64,000 nt of DNA from the human T2T-CHM13v2.0 reference genome, Homo sapiens (GCF_009914755.1 NC_060929.1), one strand, 5' to 3'; counted from the first letter of the stretch, positions 41,195 through 55,013 are shown. The notes: generated by a model from the sequence alone, not told the origin. Numbers and translations are program-made.

Positions 41195-42140
41195 CATTTA
41201 ATCACTCAACAGACAGCAATTAAGTGCCTGGACGTGCAGGGTGTTGGAGACCCATAAGTGAATAATTCATGTGTCATGTACTAACTGCCCAAGGAGAGTC
41301 CAATGACATGATGAAAGTCCACATCTAACTAGATATCCTTCAGAGAAATATTCACTTTGGTACTTGCAAATGTTTTTAATGCTTATAATATACTTACAAA
41401 TTTTCTATTTCTAAGTTCTTCCTGTTACAAATTATACAAAACAAGTAGGTAAAATGGCAGACAATGTCCCTAATCTCATGGAACTTACAATCTTATGAAA
41501 ATGGGAATAATTTTTTAAAAAATTTAAGAAAAATTCTAAATAGTGCTAAGTGCTTATAGATAATTAGAAGGTGGTAATGAGACAGTAACTGGGTGACTAC
41601 CTGAGATTAGTGAATCAGGTAAATCTCTATGAAGAGGTAACACCTAAACTGAGACCCAAATGACAAGAGGGATCCATTTGAGAATTAAGGGAAGTGTATT
41701 CTAGAAAAAGAGACCAGATATCAGAAAAGCCCTAAGGTAGGAATGTTTATGTTGAAGAAACAGACAGTTGGGTAAAGGGCAAGATCTTATGACAGGAGGT
41801 TGAAAAACAGACTGGGACTGATTTTATAGGGCTTTGCATATACCACTAGGGATATACTACTTGGTGAGAAGCTATGTGACATTTATAAGCAGAGGCTGAT
41901 GTGGTATGATTTATGTTTTCAAAAGCTCATTCCTCACTCAAAAGTGCATGGAGACCTGGGGAGACAATCATGGGAAGAGCAGGTAGATCAGTTATGAAGC
42001 TACCACAATAGTCCAGGTGCAAAATGATGGTGCCTTAGGTGAAGGTGGCTGCAGTGTGGGAAGAGAAACATTTGGGATCTAGGATATGCTTTGTAGGGAG
42101 AATCCTTAAGACTTGTTGCTGAATTGACTGTTGGGAGATG
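41195..42140 (-). mobile_element. L2a fragment interrupted by the 41263-41461 insert
   Basis: 'catttaatcactcaacag..gtgaataa', then after the insert 'gacaatgtccctaatctcatggaacttacaatct', 'gaggtaacacctaaactgagaccc'. Confidence 0.8.
41263..41461 (+). repeat. Copy 2 of the ~200-bp dispersed local duplication
   Basis: Collinear similarity to 38530-38744; ~16 bp shorter in the middle. Confidence 0.9.
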
Positions 42141-44714
42141 AATTGTAAATTTTCTGAAAGGATCAAGGGAAAATACACACTGAAGTCTAATTTTTCCTGG
42201 ACGCTTTAAACCAAAGAATGTCACTTTCTTTTTTATTGAATCACTACATCCCATTGAGAAACAGGTGTAAACACACTGAACCCATTGTTAAGCAGTATTC
42301 TCCTAGACTTGGCTTTCTGAAGCAACAAGGAAAGATTAGAATATGTACAATGCATTTTAGATTAGAAAGCACTTTATCTTATATGCCAGGTGTCTGAATG
42401 TATCTATCCCATGTGCCTTATATCTCATTGAGTGTAAAATGGTAGACGTGAGAGTGGTAAGGGCAGAGAGTTGGTTCCTGTAAGTCTAGGAGAAATTTAG
42501 GGGCATTTCCATAGGTAAGATAATGTGAGTTCTTCTATCAGCCTCTATTTCACCATTTTGTACTTTACTGGGTTGTCTGTGCTCTCTCGTCCTGTGTCCT
42601 ATGAGAACTGCCTGAAGACAAAGCTTGAGTGCATTTTATTCACCATGAGTATATGTATGCGGTGTTGCTAAATGAGTGAGTGTTTGAGTGAATGAGTGAG
42701 TGAGTGAATGAATCCTGAGTAGCTAGTCCTTGGTCAATTCTTTCCTTTGAACAATACAAGTTCTCTAACCTCAACTCTTCTTCTTTGTTCTGAGATTGGC
42801 CTTTTGCCCCAAATAACTTTTCAGCTATTGGCTCTAAATCTCAGTTTCTGCATGTTCATTCTTAGTCTGAGCCTCCCCTTAATTACTGCACTTTTTCCTG
42901 CTTCCATCATGGTGGATGTCCATATAGGATGGACATGCACATAGAACGTTTGTGAAAAATCCAACATTAAGATAGGAAACATTTGTTCTCAGAAAGTTTT
43001 CAGGTTAGACACTCTAAATTCTACCATTATTAGCACATTGGGATGAGGGTCGCACCACACTACTTGTGATGCTGTGCAAGACTCTACCAAGTCTCTTTTC
43101 AGCTTCAGAGTTGATCAGAAGCCATTAGTTCTGTCTATCTGGGGAACCAGATATCATATTTAAACATGCATCCTGCAGAGCAATTCAGAGAAGAGTACAA
43201 TGTATCAGTTGAGTACTAAACATTGGCTATTTGTATAATGAAAAAGTACAGAGAGTTCCATTTATGTTTGTCCTTTTATTGAAAATTGCTACAACCTGGT
43301 CAAAAAATTCTCTCTGTGTGGCAGGATATCTGCCAGTGAATGAGTCTGTTGAAATCACCACACCAAATTCAACATTAAGGGCCAACCCTGACCACAGCTG
43401 AGCCGTGTGAAGAGGCTGACAGCGGCGTGGCCACCACCCAGGATGGAGAGAAAGGCACTGTGAGGTGTTAATGGAAAAATCCAACTTCCTTTTCTTCCAA
43501 AGATGATGACTGAAACCAAAGTGGAGCTTTCCCTGTGAGTTTTAAAAGATAACTTTCTTTTTTTTTCAGAATAGAAATATTTACCAGGCTTTAGTATATT
43601 TGTCTTTTTATATTCCTCTCTGTATAATAAGTGCCTTTTTAAAACCTCATGTTTGCTTAGCAATAATTACTTCTTTTTTGTTTTGTTTAATGTGAGGGGT
43701 TTAGCAGTCACCATATACTGCACTGCACCCTCCTGGTGGTCTGTGTCTGTGTCTTATGACCTGGGAGGCCAGGCATATGGATGGAAACTTAGTACTCAGT
43801 AAGTTATAGTAGAATGTCTTAGAATGATGGCACAACATCACCTTCAACAGAGCCCTATGACCTAGGGCCAAAAAATACAACGAGGAGCAGGATTTGATTA
43901 CAACTAAATTTCCCTTTTGAAGCCAAGGCCTTGTATTTGCACAACTCTTGGTTGATTCTAAAGTTCTTCAATTCCAAAGAAGTCTTCATTTCCTAACATG
44001 TTACATAGTAGAAATTCAGCATTGCCTGTCATTCTAATAATTATCATAAACTTTTCTGCACTAAATAGCTGGAGTAAGGAAAAGCCCTGGTTTTTCACCA
44101 CTGGACCATGATCCTCTTTAAATTATATTTTTTTATTTAAAAATATTGGCTTCAAAAAGCTGCTCTGATACTTAATGTAGCTTTACAATGATAACATTTA
44201 AACACATTGACTGGCTTTGTGAATTCAATTAAGCACTCCTGAGTGCATTGCTGCCTTTGTTAAAAACAAGCAAAAACACATCTGACAAGCCTTTTTTTTT
44301 CTCTAAGATTCTATTTACCTATTATTGAGACCGCAGAAAACCAAGAGCTAGATAGACTACCCTGGATACCATGATTAATTAGTTACTCAGCGCAGAGTTA
44401 CTCTATGTAATTTGGTTGATTTTTCATTTGGTTTTCTTTGGAAATGACTTTACTACTCTGAAACAATTCCTTTCAAGCCATTTTTCTTCCTTTTAAAAAC
44501 ATGAGTTCTGTGATTCACCCTGTGTAAGATAAAGGTTGCAGATGCCCTTCATTTATCATGAAATACAATATATTTCTTTTATTTGGGGGGTGAAGCACCC
44601 TTAAAGGCTTTGCAAGCTTTTTTATTTTCCTTAAGAGTGAGACACTTCATGATGTGAAGATACTTGCAAACACAGATCTCAACAGGAAAGAATCACTCAT
44701 TAATCTGTGAAACA

Positions 44715-46351
44715 GACAATTGGTACTGAGAAATGCGGCTGTTATTAGAACGGATGCCTGTAAAAGTAGAAGCAGCTTTGGAACTGGGTAATGGTAGAGG
44801 CTAAAAGCATTTGGAGAATCAGGCTAGAAAAAGTCTGTATTGCAGTGAAGCATTAAGGATGTTTCTGGTGAGGGTTTGGATGAAAAGGAGAATTATAAGG
44901 AAATTTGAATTTTCTTAGAGATTACTTAAGTGGTTGTGACCAGAATGTTCGTAAAAATATGGGCAGTTAAAGGCCATCTGATGAAGCCTCAGACAGAAAT
45001 AAGAAACGAGGTATTGGAAACTAGAGTAAAAGCCATCCTTGTTATTAAGTAGCAAAAAACTCGGTAAAATTGTGTGTATGTTTGAAGGCTTTATAAAATG
45101 TAGAACTTAAGAGCAATGACAGAATATCTGCCAGAAAAAATATCTAAGCAGCAAACCATTCAGGCCACTGCATGGCTACTTTTAAACACATATAGTGACA
45201 TGTGAGAGGAAAAGAATGACTTAAAGATAGAATTTATAATTAAAAGAGAAGCAGAATGGAAAGATTTGGAAAATTCACAGCCTGGCCATGTAAAGAGTGA
45301 AAATACATCTTTAGGAGAGCAAATCAAGGGTGTAGCCAAGCAACTATTTGGTAAAGAGATTCCCATGGACAGAGGGGAGCCAGCTGCTATTAACCAAGTC
45401 AATGAGAGAAGGACTCTGAAGGCACTTCAGAGCTCTTAGAGGCTGCCCTCCTATCACAGGCGCAGAGCTCTAGGAAGGAAGAATGGTTTCAGGGGACAGG
45501 CCCAGGGAACTCTTCGTGGGCTCTCTCCTCAGAGCTTACTCAGGTATCTGCTTCTCCCTGTATTTCAGTGCAGTTCTCCTTGACTGCCCTAGCCAGGGCT
45601 CAAGCAGGCCAAGGTATGGTATAGGCCACTCTGGAGCATGCAAGCAGTAATCCATCCTTGATGGCATCCATGTGGTGTTCAGTCTGTAGGTTTGCAGAAT
45701 GCAAGAGCTTTGGGGGCATGGCTACCTCCACCCAGATTTCAACAGATGTCATGAATAATCTGGGGGCCCCAGGCAGAAACCTGCTGCAAGAGTGGAGTCA
45801 CCACAGAGAGTCTCCACTAGTGTGATGCCTAGTGGAGCTATAGGATTGGGACGGCCACTGAGACTCAAGAACTGTAGAGCTGTCAATGTGCAATGTTAGC
45901 CTAGGAGAGCTGCAAGCATGAGACTCCAACGCCTGACAGCTGAGTGGGCTAAGCCCAGCAAAGGCCTGGGGGTGGGGCTATGTGAGGCCCTGGGGGCTCA
46001 ATTCCCACCCCAGTGTATTCAGGAAGTGGGACATGGAGTCAAAGGAGATTATTCTCCAGCTTTAACATTTAATATTGTTTTCCCTGTTGGGCTTTGAACT
46101 TACTTGAGACTAGTTACGCCTTTCTTCTTGTCTATTTCTTCCTTTTGGAATGGGAATGTCTATCCTACGCCTGTCCTATCACTGTATTTTGAAAGTAGAT
46201 AACTTGTTTTGATTTCACAGGCTCACAGCTGGAGGGAATTTGCATCAAGATGAATCATGGCTCTAGAACCATGAGCCAAATAAATTTCTTTTCTTTATAA
46301 ATTACCCAGTCTGTGGCATTCTGTTATAGCAGCAGAAAACAGACAGAGACA
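44715..46351 (+). mobile_element. MaLR (MLT1A/MST-type) internal region plus terminal ~90 bp of the 3' LTR
   Basis: 'aattggtactgag..gaagcagctttggaactgggtaatgg', 'ggacatggagtcaaaggagattatt'; LTR end 'aataaatttcttttctttataaattacccagtctgtggcattctgttatagcagcagaaaac'. Confidence 0.85.
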
Positions 46352-48752
46352 GTCATTCATAATCCATTTCACTTCCCTAAATCTTGGGGCGGGGGGTGGT
46401 TATTCAATGTCAAATTCTTATTTACCCATGATGACATCAGTGTCTTTGAAAAATTACACTAGATCAGAGGATAAGTTACCAACTCTTCCAAATGTTTGGT
46501 TAGAGATCATTGATCAGTAGTTAGGGTTGCATACTGGACATGTACCAGCCTGCTCACTTTATCGCTTTTTCATGCCACCCTCCTCAGCTCAACCCCCTTC
46601 AGGCTTTCAGCCACACTGAAAATAAGAATGTGTTCGAGGTGTTTCACCAAGAATCACTTATTCCTGACATCCTGGTAGATCACCCACTTTAGCCAATCCC
46701 TTTAAGCTTCTCTTTTTCTTTTTTCTTTTCCTCTTTGGAATGAGTGCCTAACTATGTAATGGTTATTGGATGTATGTAGATTTCCTGAAAGTGTTTCATG
46801 TTTTGAATGACGAAGAACATTCTGGGGGATAATATGTTTTAAAAACCAGGGAAACCCGAAAGATCTGGGAGAAGCCACTTAAACTGAATCCCAATTTGAG
46901 AAAACTGAAAATAAGAAAAGAGGATTATTTGCCTATAGCAAGTGGAGGATTGAATTTTCTCAAGGAGAGGATTTTTATGCAATTTCCTTGTGGAAAATGA
47001 TAGGAGATGTAGATGCTTCTAAGATGCCTTCTGCTTTCCACTTAGGTCTAATTTTTTTCTTTAAGCCTGTACATGCAGTCTTAAGATTATTTTTATGATG
47101 CAATTAATAGCTATTTAAACACTTTAAGTTGATTCTTTTCAGATATTATTTACTCTAGTCCATTTACATGTGGTAAGTCATTATTTCATTGTGTTTTTTT
47201 AGTTTTCGTTTTGTTTTTCTATGGAGATGTTTTTTAAATGAAGAAATTTTAAATGAAAGACTTTAGCCTCTCTTCAAAAGAACAGTAAAAATGAATACTC
47301 TCTTTGCTAGGATGCATATGATGGCATGAGTTTAAGTTTTAGATTCTCTGTTGATGTCAAAGTTGCAAACATTTTTTGTATCTGGGCACCATGATGGTAT
47401 GGCACTCCATCTGTGATTTACTCTACTCAGAGAGGAATGAAGTGTAGTTAACAAGAATCAAACTAATGGAAAACAGGATTTTGGTGTTGCTGGAACATGT
47501 AGAAAAAGGTGGAGTCTAAGAAAATATTTCTCTAGCCAAGACAGTATTGAAGAAACTCATTATTTTCCATCTGCTTGTTCCTTGTTCCCAGTGTGAAGTG
47601 AAAGCAAAGTTTTAAAATTTTTTCTCCTCTGCAAGAAAATATATTTCAGAAAATCTCTATCTCAAAAATGAAGCAATTAAGAACTGTCTGGCTGTGAGGA
47701 TCTGGCCTCAACTTGACTTAAAGCAACAACTTCAGTTACATATCAAGATGTGCGTGAGAATGAACCTGCTCTGCTCAGCCAACGTGCTGAGTGACTTGAT
47801 GTTTGTAATAAATAAATAAATAAACAACAAACAGGTTGTCATGAAATATCCTTTGTAATTATAAACACAGGAAACTTTCTGAGATGCAAGTGGGTGTTAA
47901 ATGGTTCAGCAAAGCCAAGCCAGAGCAGTTGGTGTGCTTTGAAATGAAGCAACATTGGAAAAATGAAATCTACTGAAAGATCACTACGTGTTTCAAAGGT
48001 TTGACTTTTTAAAAATTTTCTTCAGTTTTCTATTTTGAAAAATACAAAGAGGTTTGCATTTGTTTGTTTTTATATAAGCAGCATGTGTAGGCAACCATCT
48101 AATATTTGGCAACTTTAAAAATTTTTGAGCAAAAGCAACTGTTTAGGAGTTTAACCATTACTTAAAAAAAGATACATGAAAGTTATTATGTGTATGTTCC
48201 TGCATGGTACATAGGAAATTACTAATTGCTAGTTAGTTCAATTTACTTAATTAGGTATTTACTCATTGGCTATTATGTGCCCAGTTTCGGGCTATGTAAT
48301 ATTTTAAAAATTAGCATTATATATGTTGCCCTATCTACACTTTCTGGGGAGCAAAATTTTGAAAATCATTTGATGTGGAAACCCTTTAAAAAGAACTAGA
48401 TTGCAGCATGTATTCGAATTCAAAATTGATTTTCATCAAGTACTAAAATGTGATACAAGCCAAACAATAGGAATTTTCAGGAATGAGAATGGTTGTGCTG
48501 TCAAAAAAGATAAACAATATGGATGACTTATGAATATTTATGTCCTATTAAATTTATTGAATTTTGGAAGGCAGAGATTGCTAAAGCGGAGATAGTTGAC
48601 AGCAGAGAAGAGCTACCAGTGAATTCACGAATTACATTCTGGATTATTCTTTTTGAAAGAATATATATTTGGTGCATTTGTCATTAGTAAAGTTAATTAA
48701 TCAGTTAATGTCTTGAAGTAGTAGTAGATTAATCCTTTCTTGATATGCATGA

Positions 48753-49104
48753 TGTATTAGCCTGTTTTCACGTAGCTGATAGACATACAAGAGACTGGGA
48801 AACTTACTAAAGAAAGAGGTTTAATTGGACTTACAGTTCTACATGGCTGAGGAGGCCTCACAATCATAGCGGAAGGCAAGGAGGAGCAAGTCACATCTTA
48901 CATGGATGGCAGCAGGCAAAGAGAGAGCTTGTGCAGGGGAACTCTCCTTTTTAAAACTATCAGATCTCATGAGACTTATTCACTATCACGAGAACAGCAC
49001 GGGAAAAACTTGCCCCATGATTCAATTACTTCCCACTGGGTCCCTCCCACAACATGTGAAAATTCAAGATGAGATCTGGGTGGGGATACAGCCAACCCAT
49101 ATCA
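48753..49104 (-). mobile_element. THE1 (C/D-like) solo LTR
   Basis: tgtattag...catatca termini; 'ggaggagcaagtcacatcttacatggatggcagcaggc'. Confidence 0.92.
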
Positions 49105-49221
49105 CGTGTTATCCTAGTTGTTGCCATAGTCAGTAAGCAACTGTTCTCACTCAGGGCTGTTAATATATAAAAGGTGATATTAGATAGATAGTATTTTTCT
49201 ACACTTGTTCTCTCTATACTT

Positions 49222-49385
49222 CTGGCAGAATTACCTTTGTGGGGTCCAGTGTAAAATGAATATAGGGTCATCTTGTTCAAAAATTATTATGAATTTGAAG
49301 AGCACTAAACCAAGTATGAGGTCCTTCTAAGCAAGGAACCTTTTGTAACTGCATAAATCTCACAAGTCCCGTGAATCTAGTTCTG
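49222..49385 (-). mobile_element. MER45A-like hAT-Tip100 relic
   Basis: 'tgtggggtccagtgtaaaatgaa..cttgttcaaaaattattatgaattt..ctaaaccaag..ccttctaagc'. Confidence 0.7.
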
Positions 49386-51094
49386 TCAATGAGGATAGTC
49401 AAATTAGTATAAATGAAAGATGTTTATTTAAGGCAATCTTTAAATCCAGGCACAATCTACTAATGTGCTTATCATAGATGAGTAACCAGTTAATGATCAT
49501 TAATCATGATAGATATAGACATTTGTATGCATACATTTGTAGAATATTTATCTAGCATTATATTTGCACAAACACATATATGATTAAAATATGTAAAACA
49601 GACTTCTGAAAATCTCTAGTATGGTAGCCTTTGCAAGATTAACTAGAAAAAGATGACTTGTCACAATCCACAGATCCTATTATACATCATCCAACAAATA
49701 TTCTCTGAGTACCTAGTCCATACCAGATATTATTCATGGTGTAAAGATATAGCAGAGAACAAAATAAACAGAGTACTTGCTCCTAGAGGGTTTTCATACT
49801 ATTACATTTCTGAAATTTTGACTGATTTGCCCAGGCTTTAGTTTGTATTTGTTTGTTTTTTGTTTTTTGTTTTTTTTTTTGGCTAAAACCCCTGTCTTCC
49901 TGACTTTATTAAGAACAGAAGCAAAACTTAGCTATTCTTGTCACTGTTTAGAACTGACTAGAACCAGAACTCTTCAGAAAAGAATGTGCTAAAGGTTTGT
50001 CCTTGAGAAGTTTCCAAGCCAAGACACTCCTAGGAGCACTTCCCATTGAGGCCGAAAGGCTCATCCACTTACAGCGATTCATGGGAAAAGAGGACAGCAC
50101 CCTCATCTTTGGTCCAAGAACACAATCCTGAGTGACACAGGATTGCCCTGAAAGTCAACAGCATCCGTCTTACAAAAATCAACAACACTCGCTTTTCAAA
50201 CTTCCAAAGAATTTACTGGTCTGGTTTGGCCTTTTGGTGCCACATTCCATTCCAGAACCCCAGCTAAAATGTTCTCAAGGGCTGACCAGAGATTCCTCCT
50301 CCTTTCTCTGGGCTGGTACAACTTGACCACTGCTTGACATCAAGGTCAACTGGAGACTGGGAACAGTTATGTAACTGTGTTGTAAATTGAATTAGAGCTG
50401 TACATGAGCCCAGACCAAGTAACCAGTGCAGCTCCAGGCAAGAGCAGCAACATGTCCCCCAGAGACAGCATTGGAGGAACAGCTTACTGGGGAATGGAAA
50501 AAGGGTATCACAGGGTAAAAAAGAAACCGTCTCTTTCCAGTCCTTCTAAAGTCTGGGCAGTTGGCTGCCCCATCACATGTGGAATAAGAGGGGGGCATTA
50601 AGTGCAGAGGGAGCTGGTGTCAGTATGGCAGGCAAACACTGAGGAAAAATCAGCATACATAGTATACACAAAGAGAATGAGAAAAAAATATTTGTAACAC
50701 CAGAACAGACACCACCCAGATGAAAGAAATAAGAAGGCTTACACGTGGAGAGGAAAAAAGCCTCTGGCAGTGGTCAGTGGACTGTAGAATGAGCAAGAAA
50801 GGCATGACCATCCTCCTACCAGTGACTGGTCATTCTGGAGAGGATACATGTGCACAGATCTGGAAAACCAGGGCTGAAAAGCCTTTTGACACCTTTGGTG
50901 ACCTAGGACATGGTCCCCCAATGTAAGACATCATGCTAGATAGAGGGGAAAATAGTAAGTTTTCTTCAAAGGCAAATGAATACAACTTGAGATAACTTTT
51001 GAAAAGAAAAAAGGTACTGGGACCATGGCATGACTTTGATCTGTGCTAACATGACCGCCTGCAGAAGCAGATGAGGAGAGGCAGAATAATGTAA

Positions 51095-51660
51095 AGCTGA
51101 AAGCTTGGAGTCACCAAACCATAGATAGCTTCACCTCTTACCAAGTGCTTGATGTGTGGCTAGGTTCTTAAATCCCCTACAAGTTCCAGCTTCCTCATCT
51201 GTAAAAAACGAGCAAGTTAAGACTGGGTGAGTTAATAGATGTAAAAGTACTTAGTACAGTACTCTACAAATAGTAAGTGCCCAATAAATGTTAACTGTTA
51301 TTATTATGTATTCTGTCCTTCACTATGTTAGGCCCTGGGATGTAGTGGTGACAGGCAAGGCTGCTGCTCTTGTGGTTCTTACATGAAACAAGGGAACAGG
51401 GAAATAAACAAAATAAATGCAGACTATGAAAAGTGCTAAAGAATAAATAAATAGAGTAATATAATAGAAGAAAATGCCTCTCTGAGGAGGTGACAGTTAA
51501 ACTGAGACTTGAGCAATCATCAGGGGCACAGGGTTCCCAGAAGAGAAAAAAATAAGTGCAAACTCCCTGTAACACAAAAAAAAAAGAGCTTACTGTGTCC
51601 AAAAATTAAAACGAACCCTAAAGTGGTTTGAGAATAGTAACATGGGCTTTGGTTAGGCTG
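51095..51660. mobile_element. MIR (+, ~51095-51305) followed by L2 fragment (-, ~51310-51660)
   Basis: 'cttcctcatctgtaaaa..tagtaagtgcccaataaatgtta'; 'gcctctctgaggaggtgacagttaaactgagac'. Confidence 0.7.
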
Positions 51661-51857
51661 GAGCTAGGGCTCACCTAGTAGAGTATAGAAAGGCAACACC
51701 CCATCTCCTGCAAATCTATTTTCATCCATTAATTTACACGGCATCTGAAGAACATGCTGAATTAAAGCCTGTTAACCCTTGGGATACAGTCATCAAATGT
51801 ATCAGATATATTGAGATAACCCCAACAGAGGGGATAAGTCTTTACAAAGTAAATCTA

Positions 51858-52480
51858 TGCATTTCAGCATTTCTTACAATTGCCAAAATATGGAAGCAAC
51901 CTAAGTGTCCCTCAGGAGACGAATGGATCAAGGCAATGTGGTATATACACAGCGGAATACTGTATAGCCTTAAAACGAAGGAAATTCTGTAATTTGTAAT
52001 AATATGCATGGAACTGGAAGATACTGTGCTAAATAAAGTAAGCCAAGCACAGAAAGACGAATATTGCATGATCTCATAGGTGGAATCTAAAAAAGTCAAA
52101 TTCATCGAAGCAGAGAATAGAAAGGTCGTCACCAGATGCTACGAAGTGGGGGGAAAGGGAGGGAAAAGGAAAGATGTTTATCAAAGAGGACAGTTTCAGT
52201 TAAACTGGAGTAGTGATCTATTGCAACTGCATGGTGACCAGAGTTAATAATATGTTGTACATTTCAAAATTACTAAAAGAATAGATTTTTAACATTCTCA
52301 CTACACACACAAAAAATGGTAAGTTGGCGAAGTGGTGATAAAGTGTTAACTAGTCTGATGGAATCTTGCCACAATGGATACATAGATCAAAACATTGCAT
52401 TGTACCCCATAAACAGACACAACTAGTATTAGTCAATTAAAAATAAATTTAGAAAAAAAGACTGCACTAAAAGAATAAAT
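51858..52480 (+). mobile_element. L1MA (MA5-9 type) 3' end
   Basis: 'ggaagcaacctaagtgtcc', 'agccaagcacagaaagac', 'gtggaatctaaaaaagtcaaa', 'cattgtaccccataaa'. Confidence 0.85.
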
Positions 52481-53321
52481 AAATCTAAATCAGAAGCAAG
52501 CCTGAGAATTGTAGGTGAGTAAAGGGTCTAAATTAAATGTGGTGGAGGATATCATAGACATCCTGATTCTGGCATCCTACCATTGTGTTTGCTCACCTAG
52601 AAAAAAAAATAAGCATATCTATTGAAGTATATCATAGTATTAAATACTATGGCACACTGGGAACAGGAATCCTTACTGGGATTCCTTCCTCAATACCCAG
52701 CTAAGCTTAAAACTGGAGTGTCCCCTACTCACTTTATAAGGGCAGTGGCAAGATCTCTCATCCTGAGGCACAGCTATCATGCTCCAGTTCCATCATATTG
52801 GGCCCCATTAATTTGCAACTCTGTAAAAGTAGGCTGTCACAGTGAAAATATAGTTGTAAGAATAAAGTTTTAACTTCAGAGATTCCAATATATTGAACTA
52901 GCTGGCCAGCACTGGCAAGATGGAAAACCCTGGCTTAGGCACATATGTGTGTATGCTCATAGATTCCTAGAAATAGTTAAAGAGGGATCTGTAAGACTGG
53001 TCTTCTCACTGTGAAACAGGTGGGAGTCTAGAACCAATAGACACATTTGTGTATTAATGATAAAAGGCGATGGGACAATTTAAAATATATCTGTATATTC
53101 ATACTTGAACTAAGAATCATTAGATGAATAAAAACCATAGGCCATCCAATACCCCTTTGAAGTCAAAGTGATTTTCTAATCTCAATTTCAGTTTTTCTAA
53201 TTGGACTTCCTAGAAAGTGATAATGAAAGAAGAAAGACTGACATTTAGAAAGTAGACCACAAGCACAGGATCTGAACTCTCAAAGTTCTGAGTTAGTTAT
53301 ACAGAGATGACCAGAATAGGT

Positions 53322-53673
53322 TGTATTAGACCATTTTCACACTGCTGATAAAGACATACCCGAGACTGAAAAGAAAAAGAAGTTTAATTGGACTTACAGT
53401 TCCACATGGTTGGGGAGGCCTCAGAATCAGGCGGGAGGCAAAAGGTACTTCTTACATGGTGGCAGCAAGAGAAAATGAGGATGCAAAAGCTGAAACCCGA
53501 TAATCGCAGGAGATCTTGTGACATTTATTCACTATCACAAGAATAACACGGGAAAGACTGGCCCCCATGATTCAATTACCTCCCCCTCAGTCCCTCTCAC
53601 AACATGTGAGAATTCTGGCAGATAGATACAATTCAAGTTGAGATTTGGGTGGGGACACAGCCAAACCGTATCA
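53322..53673 (-). mobile_element. THE1C-like solo LTR
   Basis: tgtattag...cgtatca termini; perfect 5-bp TSD taggt at 53317-53321 and 53674-53678. Confidence 0.94.
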
Positions 53674-53989
53674 TAGGTATTTACTTTGCTTCTGATAGAA
53701 ACTCTTCCAACCCTCCACTCACTCCTGTACTTGTTTTCTGGGCACCAAATCTGAAAGGAATTTAACCTATGAGACTGGCTATTTCTATTGCCCTTGCTTT
53801 TAAAGTTGCTTCTCTAGGCATCATTTACCAGTTACCCTTGGTCCCCAGACCTCAGTGAGTATGCTTCCCCTCATAAACAAGCACACACACAGATGGTTAT
53901 TAGATTAGATTATTAAATTTTTGAGAGCTGAAGTCGGCTTCATTCATCCTAGTGTCAAGTAATGTTTGCGGAATGGATGTATTTATTTC

Positions 53990-54215
53990 ACATTCTACAT
54001 TATATTTACAAATCCCTTTCATTATCTTTTTTTGACCTTCTCAAATACTGCATAAGACAAGATGACAAACAAGTATTATTATCCTGGTTTAATAGATGAA
54101 TAAAATTTGACTCAGAGAGGTTAAGGAACATGCTAAAAGTCTCGCTAGTAGGAAACGGCAGAGCCAGAATTGAATCCAAATTTTTGGTTACAAAATTCTC
54201 TGTTTTTCGCCACGG
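53990..54215 (-). mobile_element. MIR fragment
   Basis: 'gtattattatcc..atagatgaa..gactcagagaggttaagg'. Confidence 0.65.
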
Positions 54216-54712
54216 GGTTCAGACACTTGTCACCTACTCAATGAAAATGGCCACCACAATTCACCTAGAAGTAACCTGGGCTGCTCATCACAAACACCAT
54301 TCAAAGATATTTGCATTTTGTTCTTGACCCCTTACCTTCCTGCTCCTTTCCAAAACAGAACACCACACTGGCCACTAGACAAAACATAACAAAGATAGCT
54401 CAGAGCTAAAAATAAGGAGATTTAGGTTTTTCTACAGTGTCTTCATAGCCAGAACTAAAGTACAGGATGTGTCATTACTCCCAGAGGAGCTTACAGTCTA
54501 ATCTTCTCATTGTGTAGGGACCGAATAAAGCAAACTCCTTTGGCTGCCTCAAATACTGGCCAGGTCAGTGATAGGCTCTCCAGAAATAAATTGTAGTCAA
54601 AGTGAGCCACACCAATCTGAGTATGTTTTCTCATCTGTGAATTCATCTGGTCCTAAATTGAACTGAATCAATGAATTTATAAATCATGTCTTACATTTCT
54701 TTACTGTTTCCA

Positions 54713-55013
54713 TGTGATGGATAATTTTTTTATGTTACATTGATTGGACTAGAGGGTTCCCAGGTATTTGATTAAAGATTTTTCTTGGTGTGTCTATGAT
54801 GGTGTTTCTGAGCTGGGAAATAGGTTTTCTCCTGCCTTCGGACTTGGACTCAGACTGAAACCATTGGCTCTTCTGTTTTGCAGGCCTTCAGACTCAGACT
54901 GGAACTGCACCGTTGGCTCTCCTGGGTGGGTCTCCAGCTTGCTGACCACAGACCTTGAGACTTCTCAGCCTTTAGAATCATGGAAGCCAATTCCTTATAA
55001 TAATATATATCCT
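54713..55013 (+). mobile_element. MLT2 (ERVL) LTR, internally deleted
   Basis: 'tgtgatggataattt..atgt..ttgattggact', 'ggctctcctggg..tctccagcttgc..gacttctcagcct..agccaattccttataata'. Confidence 0.8.

Noticed and set aside
43325-43401. Possible terminal coding exon (YLPVNESVEITTPNSTLRANPDHS*)
   Set aside because: Peptide not recognised, modest acceptor, and no partner exons found.
43722-43745. CTCF-like CCACCAGGAGGGTGC on the minus strand
   Set aside because: Needs an extra base or two core mismatches to fit the motif.
50073-50147. Possible minus-strand exon (GTAAGT donor) containing an 8-bp hairpin caatcctg/caggattg
   Set aside because: Weak acceptor, no recognisable peptide, and the hairpin loop does not match IRE or other known motifs.
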